Shown piece after piece: positions 40,422-50,712 of a DNA stretch of 64,000 bases. Each line of letters begins with the position of its first letter. Positions within the stretch are counted from its first letter, which is position 1. Made by a program: the position numbers and the translations under genes. Below the pieces are notes generated by a model. The model worked only from the letters and a program-made list of their open reading frames with translations. It had not been told where the DNA came from and did not search any database. The DNA comes from an uncultured Verrucomicrobiota bacterium (lineage in GTDB: Bacteria > Verrucomicrobiota > Verrucomicrobiia > Chthoniobacterales > JACTMZ01), in the NCBI GenBank assembly GCA_903953565.1, contig CAJBKE010000065.1, positions 2,244-66,243 on the forward strand, in the 5' to 3' direction.

Positions 40422-42188
40422 TCAGGTGCGTCCGAATTTTCGGTCCAAATCGCGCCAGGAGAACTGGAGCATGACCGGCCTTCCTTCGGGATCGCAATAA
40501 GGCAAATCGCAGGCCAGCAATTGCGTGACCAAAGCACGCTGCTCGCGCTCGTCGCGCGCGCCCTCGATGTCGACAGCCAGACGCGTTACCGCCCGACGCA
40601 CCGCATCATCCGCCCCGACGCCATGCACCCGCGGCCCGGTCTCGGCGCAGGCCGCCGCAAAATCCTCAAGCACGCGGCGCGGGTCCCGGCCGGCCAGAAA
40701 ATCCGGCAATGCCTCGACCTTGAGCGAGTGCCCCCCGAAGACCTCAACACCGAAACCGGCAGAGGCAAGCACGTCAAGGTTACCGGCGACCGTTTCATGC
40801 GCCCGCGCGGGCAATTCAAAAACCTCCGGGGCGAGCAGTCGCTGCGAGGCCACAGCGCCACCCGCCACGCCGCGCTGCAAGCGCTCGAAAAGAATGCGCT
40901 GATGTGCCGCCCGCTGGTCGAGGAGCACAAGACCTTCGGACCCTTCGAGCAGGAGATAGCGGCGCGACAGCGCGCCGACCAGGCGGAATTCCTCCGGGAC
41001 AGCTCGGGTTGCCGCTTGCGCTGTGCCGACGGCCTTGGAAGCCGGAGCAGTTGGCTCCAAGGCGGGTGCGGGCAGAACAGGACGCGGCAATTCAGGCTGG
41101 TGCGCCGTCCGAATGACCGCAGGGGATGAGTCCGCCTCGGACCGCGGTTCGAGGCGCGCCGTCACATGGGCCTGCACCGGACGCAACCAAGCCGCCCTGG
41201 CTTCACGGAGAGCCGCCTCGATCGAGGCGCGCAAGGCATCGCGCACCGCAGCGCCATGACGGAAGCGGACCTCGCGCTTGGCCGGATGCACATTGCAATC
41301 CACAGCACGCGGGTCCATGACCAAGTGCACGAACACCGCGGGATGCCGTCCGGGCTCGAGCATCTGGCGGTAGGCATCGCGGACCGCCGTCGAGAGAAAC
41401 ACATTCTCCACCGCTCGTCCGTTGACGAAAAAGAATTGCCGCGCCCGGTCGCTTCGCGTTGCGCCCGGACGGGAGACCAGTCCGCTGATCCGGATGCCTC
41501 CGGTCTCGGCTTCAGCCATGTCGAGCAGGGCATCACTTTCCTCCGCACCGAAAAGATCCCTCACGCGGCCCGCGAGGGTTGGCGACGAAGCCGCGCGATA
41601 AATCGTCCTCCCGTCGCGCTGGTAATGCAGCCCGACGGCGGGAAAAGCCAGCGCCACCGTCTCGACCGCGCGGTCGAGATGGGATGTTTCGGTCGCATCG
41701 CTGCGCAGAAATTTGCGCCGTGCCGGCACATTGTAGAAAAGCGATTTCACCTCGATTGTGGTGCCTGTTGCGCAACCGGCATCGCGCACGGCGACAAGTT
41801 TTCCCCCTTTGACCAATGTTTCCGTCCCGGCGGCGGCAGCTTGGGGCCGGGTCCGCAGGGTGAATTCCGACACGCTGGCAATGCTGGGCAGCGCCTCGCC
41901 GCGGAAGCCCATGGTCAACACGGACGACAAATCGGCAGCCGTAGCGATCTTGCTCGTGGCGTGCCGCTCGAGCGCCATGAGAGCGTCCTCGCGATCCATA
42001 CCCGAACCATCATCGGTCACTCGAAGCAGACCGGTCCCCGCCCCGCGCACTTCGATCTCAAGCGAGCGCGCCCCGGCATCGAGGCTATTTTCCATCAACT
42101 CTTTGATCACCGAGGCCGGACGCTCGACCACTTCGCCAGCCGCGACCTGGCTGGCCACGACCTCGGTCAGCACGCGTATTTTACCCAC
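40422..42188 (-). CDS. mutL: DNA mismatch repair endonuclease MutL
   Basis: AAGEVVERPASVIKEL.ENSLDAG, GFRGEAL, NVHPAKREV, DQRAAHQR, CDPEGRP. Confidence 0.96.
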   Translation of the reverse strand: MGKIRVLTEVVASQVAAGEVVERPASVIKELMENSLDAGARSLEIEVRGAGTGLLRVTDDGSGMDREDALMALERHATSKIATAADLSSVLTMGFRGEALPSIASVSEFTLRTRPQAAAAGTETLVKGGKLVAVRDAGCATGTTIEVKSLFYNVPARRKFLRSDATETSHLDRAVETVALAFPAVGLHYQRDGRTIYRAASSPTLAGRVRDLFGAEESDALLDMAEAETGGIRISGLVSRPGATRSDRARQFFFVNGRAVENVFLSTAVRDAYRQMLEPGRHPAVFVHLVMDPRAVDCNVHPAKREVRFRHGAAVRDALRASIEAALREARAAWLRPVQAHVTARLEPRSEADSSPAVIRTAHQPELPRPVLPAPALEPTAPASKAVGTAQAATRAVPEEFRLVGALSRRYLLLEGSEGLVLLDQRAAHQRILFERLQRGVAGGAVASQRLLAPEVFELPARAHETVAGNLDVLASAGFGVEVFGGHSLKVEALPDFLAGRDPRRVLEDFAAACAETGPRVHGVGADDAVRRAVTRLAVDIEGARDEREQRALVTQLLACDLPYCDPEGRPVMLQFSWRDLDRKFGRT

Positions 42189-42294
42189 GGCGCACCTCTG
42201 TCGTTTGACTTGGCTGCACAAGGTGATTTAGAGACACTGTCTCCTCATACATGGCCCGCCCGCTCGACTCAACGCCCGGCTCTCCCTCACTGCC

Positions 42295-43389
42295 ATGATT
42301 AAAAACAGATCACACCGGCAACGCGGCGGTCAGGACAATCTCCTGGGATGGACGATCTTCCTTCTCCTCCTCGCGGGATTCGCCGTCTTCTCGTGGGTCG
42401 GCAGCTTCTACATCTTCGGGCACCCGGAAAGGTCTTTCAGCTACGCCGTTTTGCGCACGCTCGGCAAAATCGATTCGCCCAAACGTTTCGAACTGACCAA
42501 AGCGCCACGCGGACAATTCCTCGACGCCAACAAACTCTTCGAGCGCTACGGCAAAATGCCCGCGGGCGAACTCCGGGAAGAAAACGAGCGATTGCTCCGC
42601 AATTACCTCCGCAACTACGAACGGACGAAGGATCTTGTTCCCTATGTCATAGGCGAATTCACGGTGATGGGCGCTTTCCGGCTCGGGCCGAACAACTTTT
42701 TCACCGATGGCGTTGTCGCGCTGGCCCGCGCGAAGGAGAATCCATCAGTCCTCCTCGAACTCGTCTTTCCCTCCGCGGAAGCCGATGCCGGACAACTCGA
42801 ACGCATGCTTCGCATGGGGCTCGACCTCAAACTCGCCCGCACCCTCGACCTGAGCGCACTGATCAATGCGCGGATCATGCCCGACGGCCGGCTCAACCTC
42901 ACGGCCGTTCCCCTGCTCTACGGGAGCTACACTTCCACCGATGCGTCCGGAACCCTCAATCTCGAGCCTCCCTCCAGTCTGAAAATTTCCGCCGGCCTCC
43001 CGATCCTCAACCAAGCCGCAGTCGACGAGGCTGACCAACGCTACGCCGCGTATGTCGAACGCAACGGACAACCCGTCCACTCCCCCGCTCTCATGCGCGT
43101 GCAGCGAACCGAAGCGGTCGAGGAGAGCACGATCCCCGTGGCCCGAGCCGTGCCGGTCAACCGCAACGGGGCCGCTTCCTCCGCGACCGCGGAAGGCAAC
43201 GTTCCCGTGGCCCGCGCTTTGCCCGTCGATGCCGACGCGGAGAACATTCCGGTGCGTCGCGCCGAACCGGTCCGACCGACGGCAGGCGCTCCCGAATCAC
43301 CAGCCGAGGATGCTCCCGTGCGCCGGGCCGAGCCGGTCGTCCCGCTGCAACCCTTCGACGCGGCGGGCGACGCATCCGCCGGCGAGTGA
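42295..43389 (+). CDS. Hypothetical membrane-anchored protein with repeated PV(A/R)RA.PV motifs
   Basis: N-terminal TM helix, globular middle region, four copies of the motif in the C-terminal tail. Confidence 0.75.
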   Translation: MIKNRSHRQRGGQDNLLGWTIFLLLLAGFAVFSWVGSFYIFGHPERSFSYAVLRTLGKIDSPKRFELTKAPRGQFLDANKLFERYGKMPAGELREENERLLRNYLRNYERTKDLVPYVIGEFTVMGAFRLGPNNFFTDGVVALARAKENPSVLLELVFPSAEADAGQLERMLRMGLDLKLARTLDLSALINARIMPDGRLNLTAVPLLYGSYTSTDASGTLNLEPPSSLKISAGLPILNQAAVDEADQRYAAYVERNGQPVHSPALMRVQRTEAVEESTIPVARAVPVNRNGAASSATAEGNVPVARALPVDADAENIPVRRAEPVRPTAGAPESPAEDAPVRRAEPVVPLQPFDAAGDASAGE

Positions 43390-44507
43390 CCGCTCAACCG
43401 GAAGCGTCCGGCGGACCCGCGGAGGAACTCCGCCGCCGCATCACGCAGCACGGCCCGGTCGGTTTCGACGAATTCATGGCCGTCGCGCTGTATCATCCGC
43501 AGGGTGGATACTACGCATCACAAGACAATCGCACCGGACGTCGCGGTGATTTCTTCACCAGCGTCAACGTCGGTCCGGTTTTCGGAAAACTTCTCGCTGC
43601 GCAATTCGTGGAAATGCGGCAACTTCTGGGCGAACCGGAGGACTTCACCCTTGTCGAGCAGGGCGCGAATGACGGGCAACTCCTGGCCGACATTCTCGCC
43701 GCATGGCCGGGGCCGGCACCGCGCGTGATCATTGTCGAACCCCTCGAACAACGCCGCGCAGCGCAGCGCAAAACTCTCGCGCCGTGGATCGACTGCGTGC
43801 AGCACGTCACGTGCGAAGACGAACTACCGAACTTCACGGGTGTCTTTTTCGCCAATGAATTGCTCGACGCTTTTCCGGTGAAATTGATCGTGCGCGAGGA
43901 CGGGCGTTGGTTCGAACGCCGCGTCGGCAACGAGGACGGGCGTTTTGTTTTCGTCGATGCTCCATTCACCGGAGAAGCGCCTGCCGTGGCTGAGGATATC
44001 CGCCGTTTTTCCACGGAGATTTGTCCTTCGCTCACGCCATGGATTCGGACCGTGGCCGGCAAGTTGACGCGTGGATGGATTCTCCTCATCGACTACGGAC
44101 ATCCCTCCGCCATCCGCCATCAACTCGCCCGCGCGGCCGGAACCCTCGCCGCTTACCGCGAGCACCAACGCCTCGATGATCCTCTGGCCGATCCCGGTGC
44201 GCAGGACCTGACCGCGCACGTCGACTTCACCGCAGTGGCCCGCGCGGCAGAGCAGGCCGGGCTCTCCCTCGCCGGATTCACCGACCAGCACCACGCTCTC
44301 ACCGCCCTCGCCGCGCGGATCTTTCCGTCCATGCCCGATGCGCAACTCACCGACGAAGAAGCCCGGGAAATGCGCGCCCTGCGCCAGCTCCTCCACCCCG
44401 AGAGCATGGGAACTTCCTTCAAATTTCTCGGCTTGGCCAAAAACTCCAACGCACCCATCACCGCTTTCCGCTTCGCCCGCGATGCGCGGCGCGAGCTCTT
44501 CGCATGA
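43386..44507 (+). CDS. SAM-dependent methyltransferase, MidA/NDUFAF7 family
   Basis: FM..ALY.P..GYY, GDFFTS, ANELLDAFPV, IDYG, QDLTAHVDF. Confidence 0.92.
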   Translation: MTAQPEASGGPAEELRRRITQHGPVGFDEFMAVALYHPQGGYYASQDNRTGRRGDFFTSVNVGPVFGKLLAAQFVEMRQLLGEPEDFTLVEQGANDGQLLADILAAWPGPAPRVIIVEPLEQRRAAQRKTLAPWIDCVQHVTCEDELPNFTGVFFANELLDAFPVKLIVREDGRWFERRVGNEDGRFVFVDAPFTGEAPAVAEDIRRFSTEICPSLTPWIRTVAGKLTRGWILLIDYGHPSAIRHQLARAAGTLAAYREHQRLDDPLADPGAQDLTAHVDFTAVARAAEQAGLSLAGFTDQHHALTALAARIFPSMPDAQLTDEEAREMRALRQLLHPESMGTSFKFLGLAKNSNAPITAFRFARDARRELFA

Positions 44508-45244
44508 CACAACCGACCCCGGAGCAACGCGAAGCCGCCCGGCATCCCGCACCGGCCCGGCGCGCCGTCATGCACCAGCGCTGGGAAAATCTTCTCTTCC
44601 TTCATTGGTCTCTCGAGCCCGACCTTGTCCAGCGAACACTCCCACCCGGACTCCACGCCGATACTTTTGCCGGCGATGCTTGGCTAGGAATCGTTCCCTT
44701 CGCCATGCGTGCCGTGCGACCCGCCGGACTGCCCGCAGTAGGACCACTCTCGAATTTTCTCGAACTCAACGTCCGCACCTACGTTCACGACGACCGCGGC
44801 GTCCCCGGTGTCTGGTTTTACTCGCTCGACTGCAATCAACCCCTCGCTGTCCTCATCGCGCAAAAAATTTTCCGCCTCCCCTACCGCCACGCGACGATGC
44901 GGGCCGAATTCGGGCACACCATCGACTATAGCTCCACCCGGCGCGGCACCGGCGCGGAAGCAAGATACCTCTGGAGCCCGCACGGCGAGGGGCGCACGGC
45001 AGCGCCGGACAGCTTGGAGTTTTTCCTCCTCGAGCGCTACCACCTCTACGCGGCTCGCGGCAATCGCCTCTACCGCGGCACCGTTGCCCACCCGCCCTAC
45101 GAATTTCGTGAGGCCGGAGTCCGTGAACTCTCCACGACCCCGGCGGACCTCGACGGTTTTTCCGGTTTGGACCCTCAACCCCGGCACATCTGCCACGCCG
45201 ACGGCGTCGATGTTCGCATCCTCAGTCTGGAACAAGTCTCATGA
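44504..45244 (+). CDS. YqjF/DUF2071 family protein
   Basis: MHQRWENLLFLHW, FLELNVRTYV, GVWFYSLD, FLLERY. Confidence 0.9.
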   Translation: MTQPTPEQREAARHPAPARRAVMHQRWENLLFLHWSLEPDLVQRTLPPGLHADTFAGDAWLGIVPFAMRAVRPAGLPAVGPLSNFLELNVRTYVHDDRGVPGVWFYSLDCNQPLAVLIAQKIFRLPYRHATMRAEFGHTIDYSSTRRGTGAEARYLWSPHGEGRTAAPDSLEFFLLERYHLYAARGNRLYRGTVAHPPYEFREAGVRELSTTPADLDGFSGLDPQPRHICHADGVDVRILSLEQVS

Positions 45245-46167
45245 AACTCCACGGCCTCCATCACGTCACCGCGATCACCGCGCACGCACGCGACAACCAT
45301 GATTTCTACACCCGCACGCTCGGCCTGCGCTTGGTGAAAAAAACGGTCAACCAAGATGACGTCTCGGCCTACCACCTGTTCTACGCCGATGGCGCCGGCA
45401 CGCCGGGAACAGATCTGACTTTTTTCGATTGGCCCACGGCACCCGAACGCCGCGGCACACGCAGCGTGACGCGAACAGGTCTGCGCGTTGGCAGCACCAC
45501 CTCGCTCGAATGGTGGCGCGATCGACTGGGCTTGAAAGATTCCATCACCGAACGTAACGGAAGGCCGGTGTTGGATTTTGAGGATCCCGAAGGACAACGC
45601 TTGAGCCTCGTCGTCGACGACGAACCGCCTGCCGCCGTCTGGGAACACGGCCCCGTTCCCGCCGGGCACCAGATCCGCGGCTTGGGTCCTTTGCTCCTCA
45701 GTGTGCCAACCTTCGAACCGACCGACCGCGCCTTCCGTGAACTGCTGCACCTGCAAAACATCGGAACTTACCCGATGGACGGACGCGATGTGCACGTCTA
45801 CCAAATCGGCTCGAACCCTGGAGCTGCACGCGAACTCCATCTGCGGGTCGATCCGGACGTTCCCGCCTCACGCCAAGGTGCCGGCGGCGTCCATCATCTG
45901 GCCCTCCGCACCACGCAGGCGGACTACCACGCGTGGGCACGGCATTTGGCCGAGTCTGGCATGCCCAACAGCGGGCCAGTCGACCGCCACTGGTTCCGCA
46001 GCCTCTACTTCCGCGAACCCAACGGCATCCTTATCGAAATTGCCACCGACGAGCCGGGTTTCACCACCGACGAAACGCTCGACAGGCTCGGCGAAACACT
46101 TTCCCTGCCACCCTTCCTCGAGACGCGCCGCCGCGATATCGAGGCCGGACTAAAACCTCTGGCGTGA
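45241..46167 (+). CDS. Ring-cleaving dioxygenase (VOC superfamily, MhqO-like)
   Basis: GLHHVTAI, KKTVNQDD..AYHLFY, HHLA, DRHWFRSLYFREPNGILIEIAT. Confidence 0.92.
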   Translation: MKLHGLHHVTAITAHARDNHDFYTRTLGLRLVKKTVNQDDVSAYHLFYADGAGTPGTDLTFFDWPTAPERRGTRSVTRTGLRVGSTTSLEWWRDRLGLKDSITERNGRPVLDFEDPEGQRLSLVVDDEPPAAVWEHGPVPAGHQIRGLGPLLLSVPTFEPTDRAFRELLHLQNIGTYPMDGRDVHVYQIGSNPGAARELHLRVDPDVPASRQGAGGVHHLALRTTQADYHAWARHLAESGMPNSGPVDRHWFRSLYFREPNGILIEIATDEPGFTTDETLDRLGETLSLPPFLETRRRDIEAGLKPLA

Positions 46168-46201
46168 CGCGCGGCGTCCACACCGCTACGATTTGCGCCT
46201 C

Positions 46202-48004
46202 ATGTCCAAGGAAGCCCAACAGCGCATGGAGAAAATCGTCAGCCTCTGCAAGAGGCGCGGTTTCATTTTCCAGTCCTCCGAAATCTACGGCGGCCTCAAC
46301 GGCTTCTGGGACTACGGCCCGATGGGCGCAGAGCTGAAGCGCAACCTTCGCGACACATGGTGGCAAACGATGACGCGCGACCGCGACGATGTCGTCGGCC
46401 TGGATGCCAGCATCATCATGCATCCGACCGTTTGGACGGCCAGCGGCCACGTTGACACCTTCAGCGACCCGATGAGCACCTGCAAACACTGCAAGAAGCT
46501 GGTGCGGTCCGACCAATGGTGGGCCATGATGGCCGAGCAGAAGTGGACGCAATCCGTCGCGGAGTTGGTAGAATCGGGCACCAACCGCTTCCAGCCGGCT
46601 GACTTGCTCAAGTGGGGCAAGGGCAAAGGCAAGCAGCTCGCCCCCAACCTCGCGCTGGTCCGCAATCCGGATGTGACCATTTCCTGGCTCGCGGAGGAAA
46701 TCGAGAAGGGCCGCGGTCCGGCTGATGCCACCGAGCTCTACAAATTTCTTGCCACCGAACAGATGGCCATCACGGGTCTGGTCACGCCGTGCCCGCACTG
46801 CGGCGGCGAACTGACCGCACCGCGGCCGTTCAACCTGATGTTCCGCTCCCACTACGGTCCCGTCGAGAGCGAGGACAACATTTGCTACCTCCGCCCCGAG
46901 ACGGCGCAGGCCATTTTCGTGCAGTTCAAGAACGTCCTCGATTCCTCGCGGGTCAAAGTCCCCTTCGGCATCGCGCAAATCGGCAAAGCCTTCCGCAACG
47001 AAATCACCCCGCGCAATTACACGTTCCGCTCCCGCGAGTTCGAGCAGATGGAATTGGAGTTCTTCATCCGCCCCGATGACGCCGTGCGCCTCATCCACGG
47101 ACACGTCGAAAAATGGAGGGATGGCGCCGATCTTTCCGCCCCGAGCCCCACGTGGGGCTGGGAGATGTGGCACCGCTATTGGGTCGACCAGCGCACCAAA
47201 TACTACGACTCCGTCGGATTGGGCACCGACGTGCTCGATTACCACTGGCAAAAGCCGGAGGAACTCGCCCACTACGCACGCGCCACGGTGGACATCCTTT
47301 TCAAGTTCCCCTTCGGCACCGAGGAACTGGAAGGCATCGCCGCCCGCGGCGACTTCGATCTCTCGCAGCACCAGAAATTCTCCGGCAAACAGCTGGAAGT
47401 CTTCGACGAGGAACTCAAGGCTGCCACCGACAAACTGAGCGACGAGCAGAAAAAAGAATTCATCGACGAACTTTTCGAGGGCCGCAAATGCGCGGACACC
47501 ACCCGGGAGGAAATCTCAGTTTATGCGGACAAGCTTTTCAAGGGATTTTACCTACCCCATGTGATCGAGCCGTCCGCCGGACTCGACCGCATGGCCCTCG
47601 CCGTGCTGGCCGCGGCTTTCGACGAGGAGACCGTGACCGACGAGAAAGGCAAGGCCGAGACGCGCACCGTCCTGCGCCTCCATCCACGCATCGCCCCGGT
47701 CAAATGCGCCATTTTCCCGCTGCTCAAAAACCGGCCCGAACTCGTGGCCAAAGCCCGCGAAGTCGAAGCCTCGCTGCGTCGCCACATGAACGTCTTTTAT
47801 GACGAAGCCGGCGCCATCGGACGCCGCTACCGCCGGCAGGACGAGATCGGCACGCCGTTTTGCGTCACCGTCGACTTCGACACCATCGGCGAAAACGGCC
47901 CCGAAAAGCTCGACACCGTTACCTTGCGCCACCGCGACTCGATGCAGCAGGAGCGCATTCCCATCGCCGAACTCCGCGCGCGCCTCGAAGCGGCCATTCT
48001 TTGA
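46202..48004 (+). CDS. glyQS: Glycine--tRNA ligase, alpha2 type
   Basis: LRPETAQ, GKAFRNEITP, REFEQME, VIEPSAGLDR, IGRRYRRQDEIGTP. Confidence 0.96.
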   Translation: MSKEAQQRMEKIVSLCKRRGFIFQSSEIYGGLNGFWDYGPMGAELKRNLRDTWWQTMTRDRDDVVGLDASIIMHPTVWTASGHVDTFSDPMSTCKHCKKLVRSDQWWAMMAEQKWTQSVAELVESGTNRFQPADLLKWGKGKGKQLAPNLALVRNPDVTISWLAEEIEKGRGPADATELYKFLATEQMAITGLVTPCPHCGGELTAPRPFNLMFRSHYGPVESEDNICYLRPETAQAIFVQFKNVLDSSRVKVPFGIAQIGKAFRNEITPRNYTFRSREFEQMELEFFIRPDDAVRLIHGHVEKWRDGADLSAPSPTWGWEMWHRYWVDQRTKYYDSVGLGTDVLDYHWQKPEELAHYARATVDILFKFPFGTEELEGIAARGDFDLSQHQKFSGKQLEVFDEELKAATDKLSDEQKKEFIDELFEGRKCADTTREEISVYADKLFKGFYLPHVIEPSAGLDRMALAVLAAAFDEETVTDEKGKAETRTVLRLHPRIAPVKCAIFPLLKNRPELVAKAREVEASLRRHMNVFYDEAGAIGRRYRRQDEIGTPFCVTVDFDTIGENGPEKLDTVTLRHRDSMQQERIPIAELRARLEAAIL

Positions 48005-48008
48005 CCCC

Positions 48009-48683
48009 ATGGCGGACAACGTCCACCTGCACGCGCGCGGACTGCGCAAATCGTTCCGATTGGGCAACACAACCCTCGACATCCTCCGCGGACTCGACCT
48101 CACCGTCCTCCGCGGCGAAACCGTTTTCCTCTGCGGCGCATCCGGTGCGGGCAAGAGCACGCTTCTTTACACGCTGGCCGGACTCGAACGCCCGACTTCC
48201 GGCGACGTCCATTTCGAAAACGAGGATCTCTACGGCATCTCCGCCCGGCGTCAGGCCGAATTACGCAACACGCGGATGGGTTTTGTTTTCCAAAGCTACA
48301 TGCTCCTGCCCGAGTTGACCGCGTTGGAAAACGTTGCCCTGCCGGGAATGATCGGCGGAAAACCCGACCGCGAACGCGCGGCGGAACTTCTCGCCAAGGT
48401 CGGGCTCGGTCCCCGCACCGGTCACTTGCCCTCCGAACTCTCCGGCGGCGAGCAGCAGCGCGTGGCCATTGCCCGCGCTTTGGCCAATCGCCCGTCGATG
48501 CTCTTCGCCGACGAACCCACCGGAAACCTCGATTCCAGAACCGGCGGCGAAGTCATCGACCTCCTCCTCGGCCTCGCCCGCGAAAACGGCACCACCCTCC
48601 TCGCCGTGACTCACGACGCCAACCTCGCCGCCCGCGGCGACCGCGTCCTCCATATCCGCGACGGTCAACTCGAAGAATCCTAA
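48009..48683 (+). CDS. ABC transporter ATP-binding protein, LolD-like
   Basis: [32 protein letters not shown]. Confidence 0.88.
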   Translation: MADNVHLHARGLRKSFRLGNTTLDILRGLDLTVLRGETVFLCGASGAGKSTLLYTLAGLERPTSGDVHFENEDLYGISARRQAELRNTRMGFVFQSYMLLPELTALENVALPGMIGGKPDRERAAELLAKVGLGPRTGHLPSELSGGEQQRVAIARALANRPSMLFADEPTGNLDSRTGGEVIDLLLGLARENGTTLLAVTHDANLAARGDRVLHIRDGQLEES

Positions 48684-48690
48684 CCCCCGC

Positions 48691-48750
48691 TTGTAGCGGC
48701 GGTCAGCCGAGCAAAGCGAGACAGGTTGAAGCGCAGCGAGGCCAACTGAT
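48691..48750 (+). repeat. GTAG-type REP remnant with expanded loop
   Basis: ttgtagcggcggtc identical to 2161-2174, followed by GC-AAA-GC and GC-GCA-GC mini-hairpins. Confidence 0.45.
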
Positions 48751-48861
48751 ATGGCCTCCGGGGCCCGTCCTCCTCCGTTCCCTCTGCGCCCATGGGGGTT
48801 TCCCCGCAACCCCGCGCGCTTGCCGCGGGTCATCCGGACGGATAAAGTAACTATCCGAATT

Positions 48862-49491
48862 ATGGCATACGAACTACCTCCTCTGACCTACGCGAACAAC
48901 GCCCTCGAACCGAACATCGATGCGCGCACGATGGAAATCCATCACGACAAGCACCATCAGGCCTACATCACCAACGCGAACAACGCGCTGAAAGACCACG
49001 CAGACCTCTTGGCCAAGCCGGTCACCGAACTCATCGCCGACCTCACCGTCGTCCCCGAGGCCATCCGCACCGCCGTCCGCAACAATGCCGGCGGCCACGC
49101 CAATCACACCTTTTTCTGGACCATCATGGGCCCGAACGGTGGCGGCGCGCCGAAAGGTAAATTGGCCGAGGCGATCAACGCGAAATTCGGCAGCTTCGAT
49201 GCTTTCAAAGAAGCCTTCGAAAAAGCAGGCGCCACGCGCTTCGGTAGTGGCTGGGCTTGGCTCGTTGTGAACAAAGCCGGTGAACTCGAAGTTGTCTCCA
49301 CCGCCAACCAAGACAGCCCCCTCATGGGCAAAGCCGTCGCCGGCGTCGAAGGCACCCCGGTCATCGGCTGCGACGTCTGGGAGCACGCCTACTATATCAA
49401 TTACCAGAACCGCCGCCCCGATTACCTCAAGGCCTGGTGGAACACGGTCAACTGGGACCAAGCCGAGAAAAACTACCTCGCGGCTTTGTAG
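48862..49491 (+). CDS. sodA: Superoxide dismutase (Fe/Mn family, Mn-type signature)
   Basis: [27 protein letters not shown]. Confidence 0.93.
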   Translation: MAYELPPLTYANNALEPNIDARTMEIHHDKHHQAYITNANNALKDHADLLAKPVTELIADLTVVPEAIRTAVRNNAGGHANHTFFWTIMGPNGGGAPKGKLAEAINAKFGSFDAFKEAFEKAGATRFGSGWAWLVVNKAGELEVVSTANQDSPLMGKAVAGVEGTPVIGCDVWEHAYYINYQNRRPDYLKAWWNTVNWDQAEKNYLAAL

Positions 49492-49512
49492 CCCGCGCGC
49501 AGATCACTCACG

Positions 49513-49548
49513 ACAAAAAGCCCGGGGCCCAAACCCCGGGCTTTTTGT
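49513..49548 (+). terminator. Intrinsic terminator after sod
   Basis: ACAAAAAGCCCGGGG-cccaaa-CCCCGGGCTTTTTGT. Confidence 0.9.
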
Positions 49549-49563
49549 TATAAAAACTCTGCA

Positions 49564-49630
49564 GGTGGATCGCGATGTCCCCATCGCGATTTCAGCACAG
49601 GAATATCGCGCCGGGACGGCGCGATCCACC
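49564..49630. repeat. REPIN-like element, GTGG family, copy 2
   Basis: Same arms as 2077-2143 with a different spacer. Confidence 0.9.
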
Positions 49631-49805
49631 TTCCCAGACGTTCAGAGCCTTTTCGCCATCGGCATGACAGCGGTTTGGCCGAGCGGTTAACATCATCTGT
49701 AGCCGCGGCTACACCAAACGGCTTCATCGATTCGCACAGAAAAATCTGGGGTTCCACCCCGGACTTTTCCTTTGGCTGCCGCCGCGCCGCCCCTAGAATG
49801 CCGCC

Positions 49806-50654
49806 ATGATTCCTCCGCAAAAGCAAATGACCGGCATGCTCGGTCACCCCGTGGCCGAGAACCCGATCGACCGCATGTTCGACGCGGTCTACGCGCACTA
49901 CAATTTGCCCTGGCAATTTTGGAAAAGCGACCTCGCCTCGGAAGCTGATCTGGCCTTGGCCGTGCCCGCTTTGGCGCCGCTCGGCTACCGCGGCTTCACC
50001 ATCACGGTTCCCTACAAAGTAGCGGTGATGCCCCTGCTCAACGAACTCGACAGCGACGTCAAAGCCATCGGCGCAGCGAATTACGTGACCATCGAAAAAG
50101 GACGCCTGGTCGGACACAACAACGACGGCAAGGGCGTGGTCAAAGCGATCGACAAAGTGGTGCCTTTGCGCGGACAACACGTCGTCATGCTCGGCGCCGG
50201 CGGCGCGGGACGCGCCATGGCCGTGGAAATCGCCTGGGCCGGAGCGGCGAAGATGACCCTTGTAACGCGTCGCGAAGAGCAGGGCCGCGAGGTTGCCGCT
50301 CTGGTCACGAAAGCCAGCGGCGTGCCCTGTGATTGGCAAGCGTGGCAACGCGAAGTGGAAGTGCCAGCCGGCGCCACTTTGCTCATGAACGCCACCCATC
50401 TGGGCTGCGCGCCCGAACTGGAGCCGGTGCCGGTGCGTTGGGATACCGTGAGCAAGGACTGCACGGCCGTCGACGTGATCACCAACCCGCGCATCACCCC
50501 TTTTCTTGCCACGGCGCGCGACCACGGTTGCCGCATCGTCGACGGCGTGGAAATGCTCGTGCAGTTGGCCATGCAGATTTTCGAGCAATGGACCGGCATC
50601 GCACCCGGCGAAAAAGTCTTCCAGCGCGCCGTGGCCGAGGCTCTCGGCGAATAG
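49806..50654 (+). CDS. aroE: Shikimate dehydrogenase family protein
   Basis: TVPYK, IGAAN, N.DG.G, GAGGAGRA, DG..ML..LA..IFE.W. Confidence 0.85.
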   Translation: MIPPQKQMTGMLGHPVAENPIDRMFDAVYAHYNLPWQFWKSDLASEADLALAVPALAPLGYRGFTITVPYKVAVMPLLNELDSDVKAIGAANYVTIEKGRLVGHNNDGKGVVKAIDKVVPLRGQHVVMLGAGGAGRAMAVEIAWAGAAKMTLVTRREEQGREVAALVTKASGVPCDWQAWQREVEVPAGATLLMNATHLGCAPELEPVPVRWDTVSKDCTAVDVITNPRITPFLATARDHGCRIVDGVEMLVQLAMQIFEQWTGIAPGEKVFQRAVAEALGE

Positions 50655-50712
50655 GCGTCTGTCTGCGCTTTGACTTGATCCCACAAAAATCTAAGCTGCG
50701 AGCTTTCCGATC

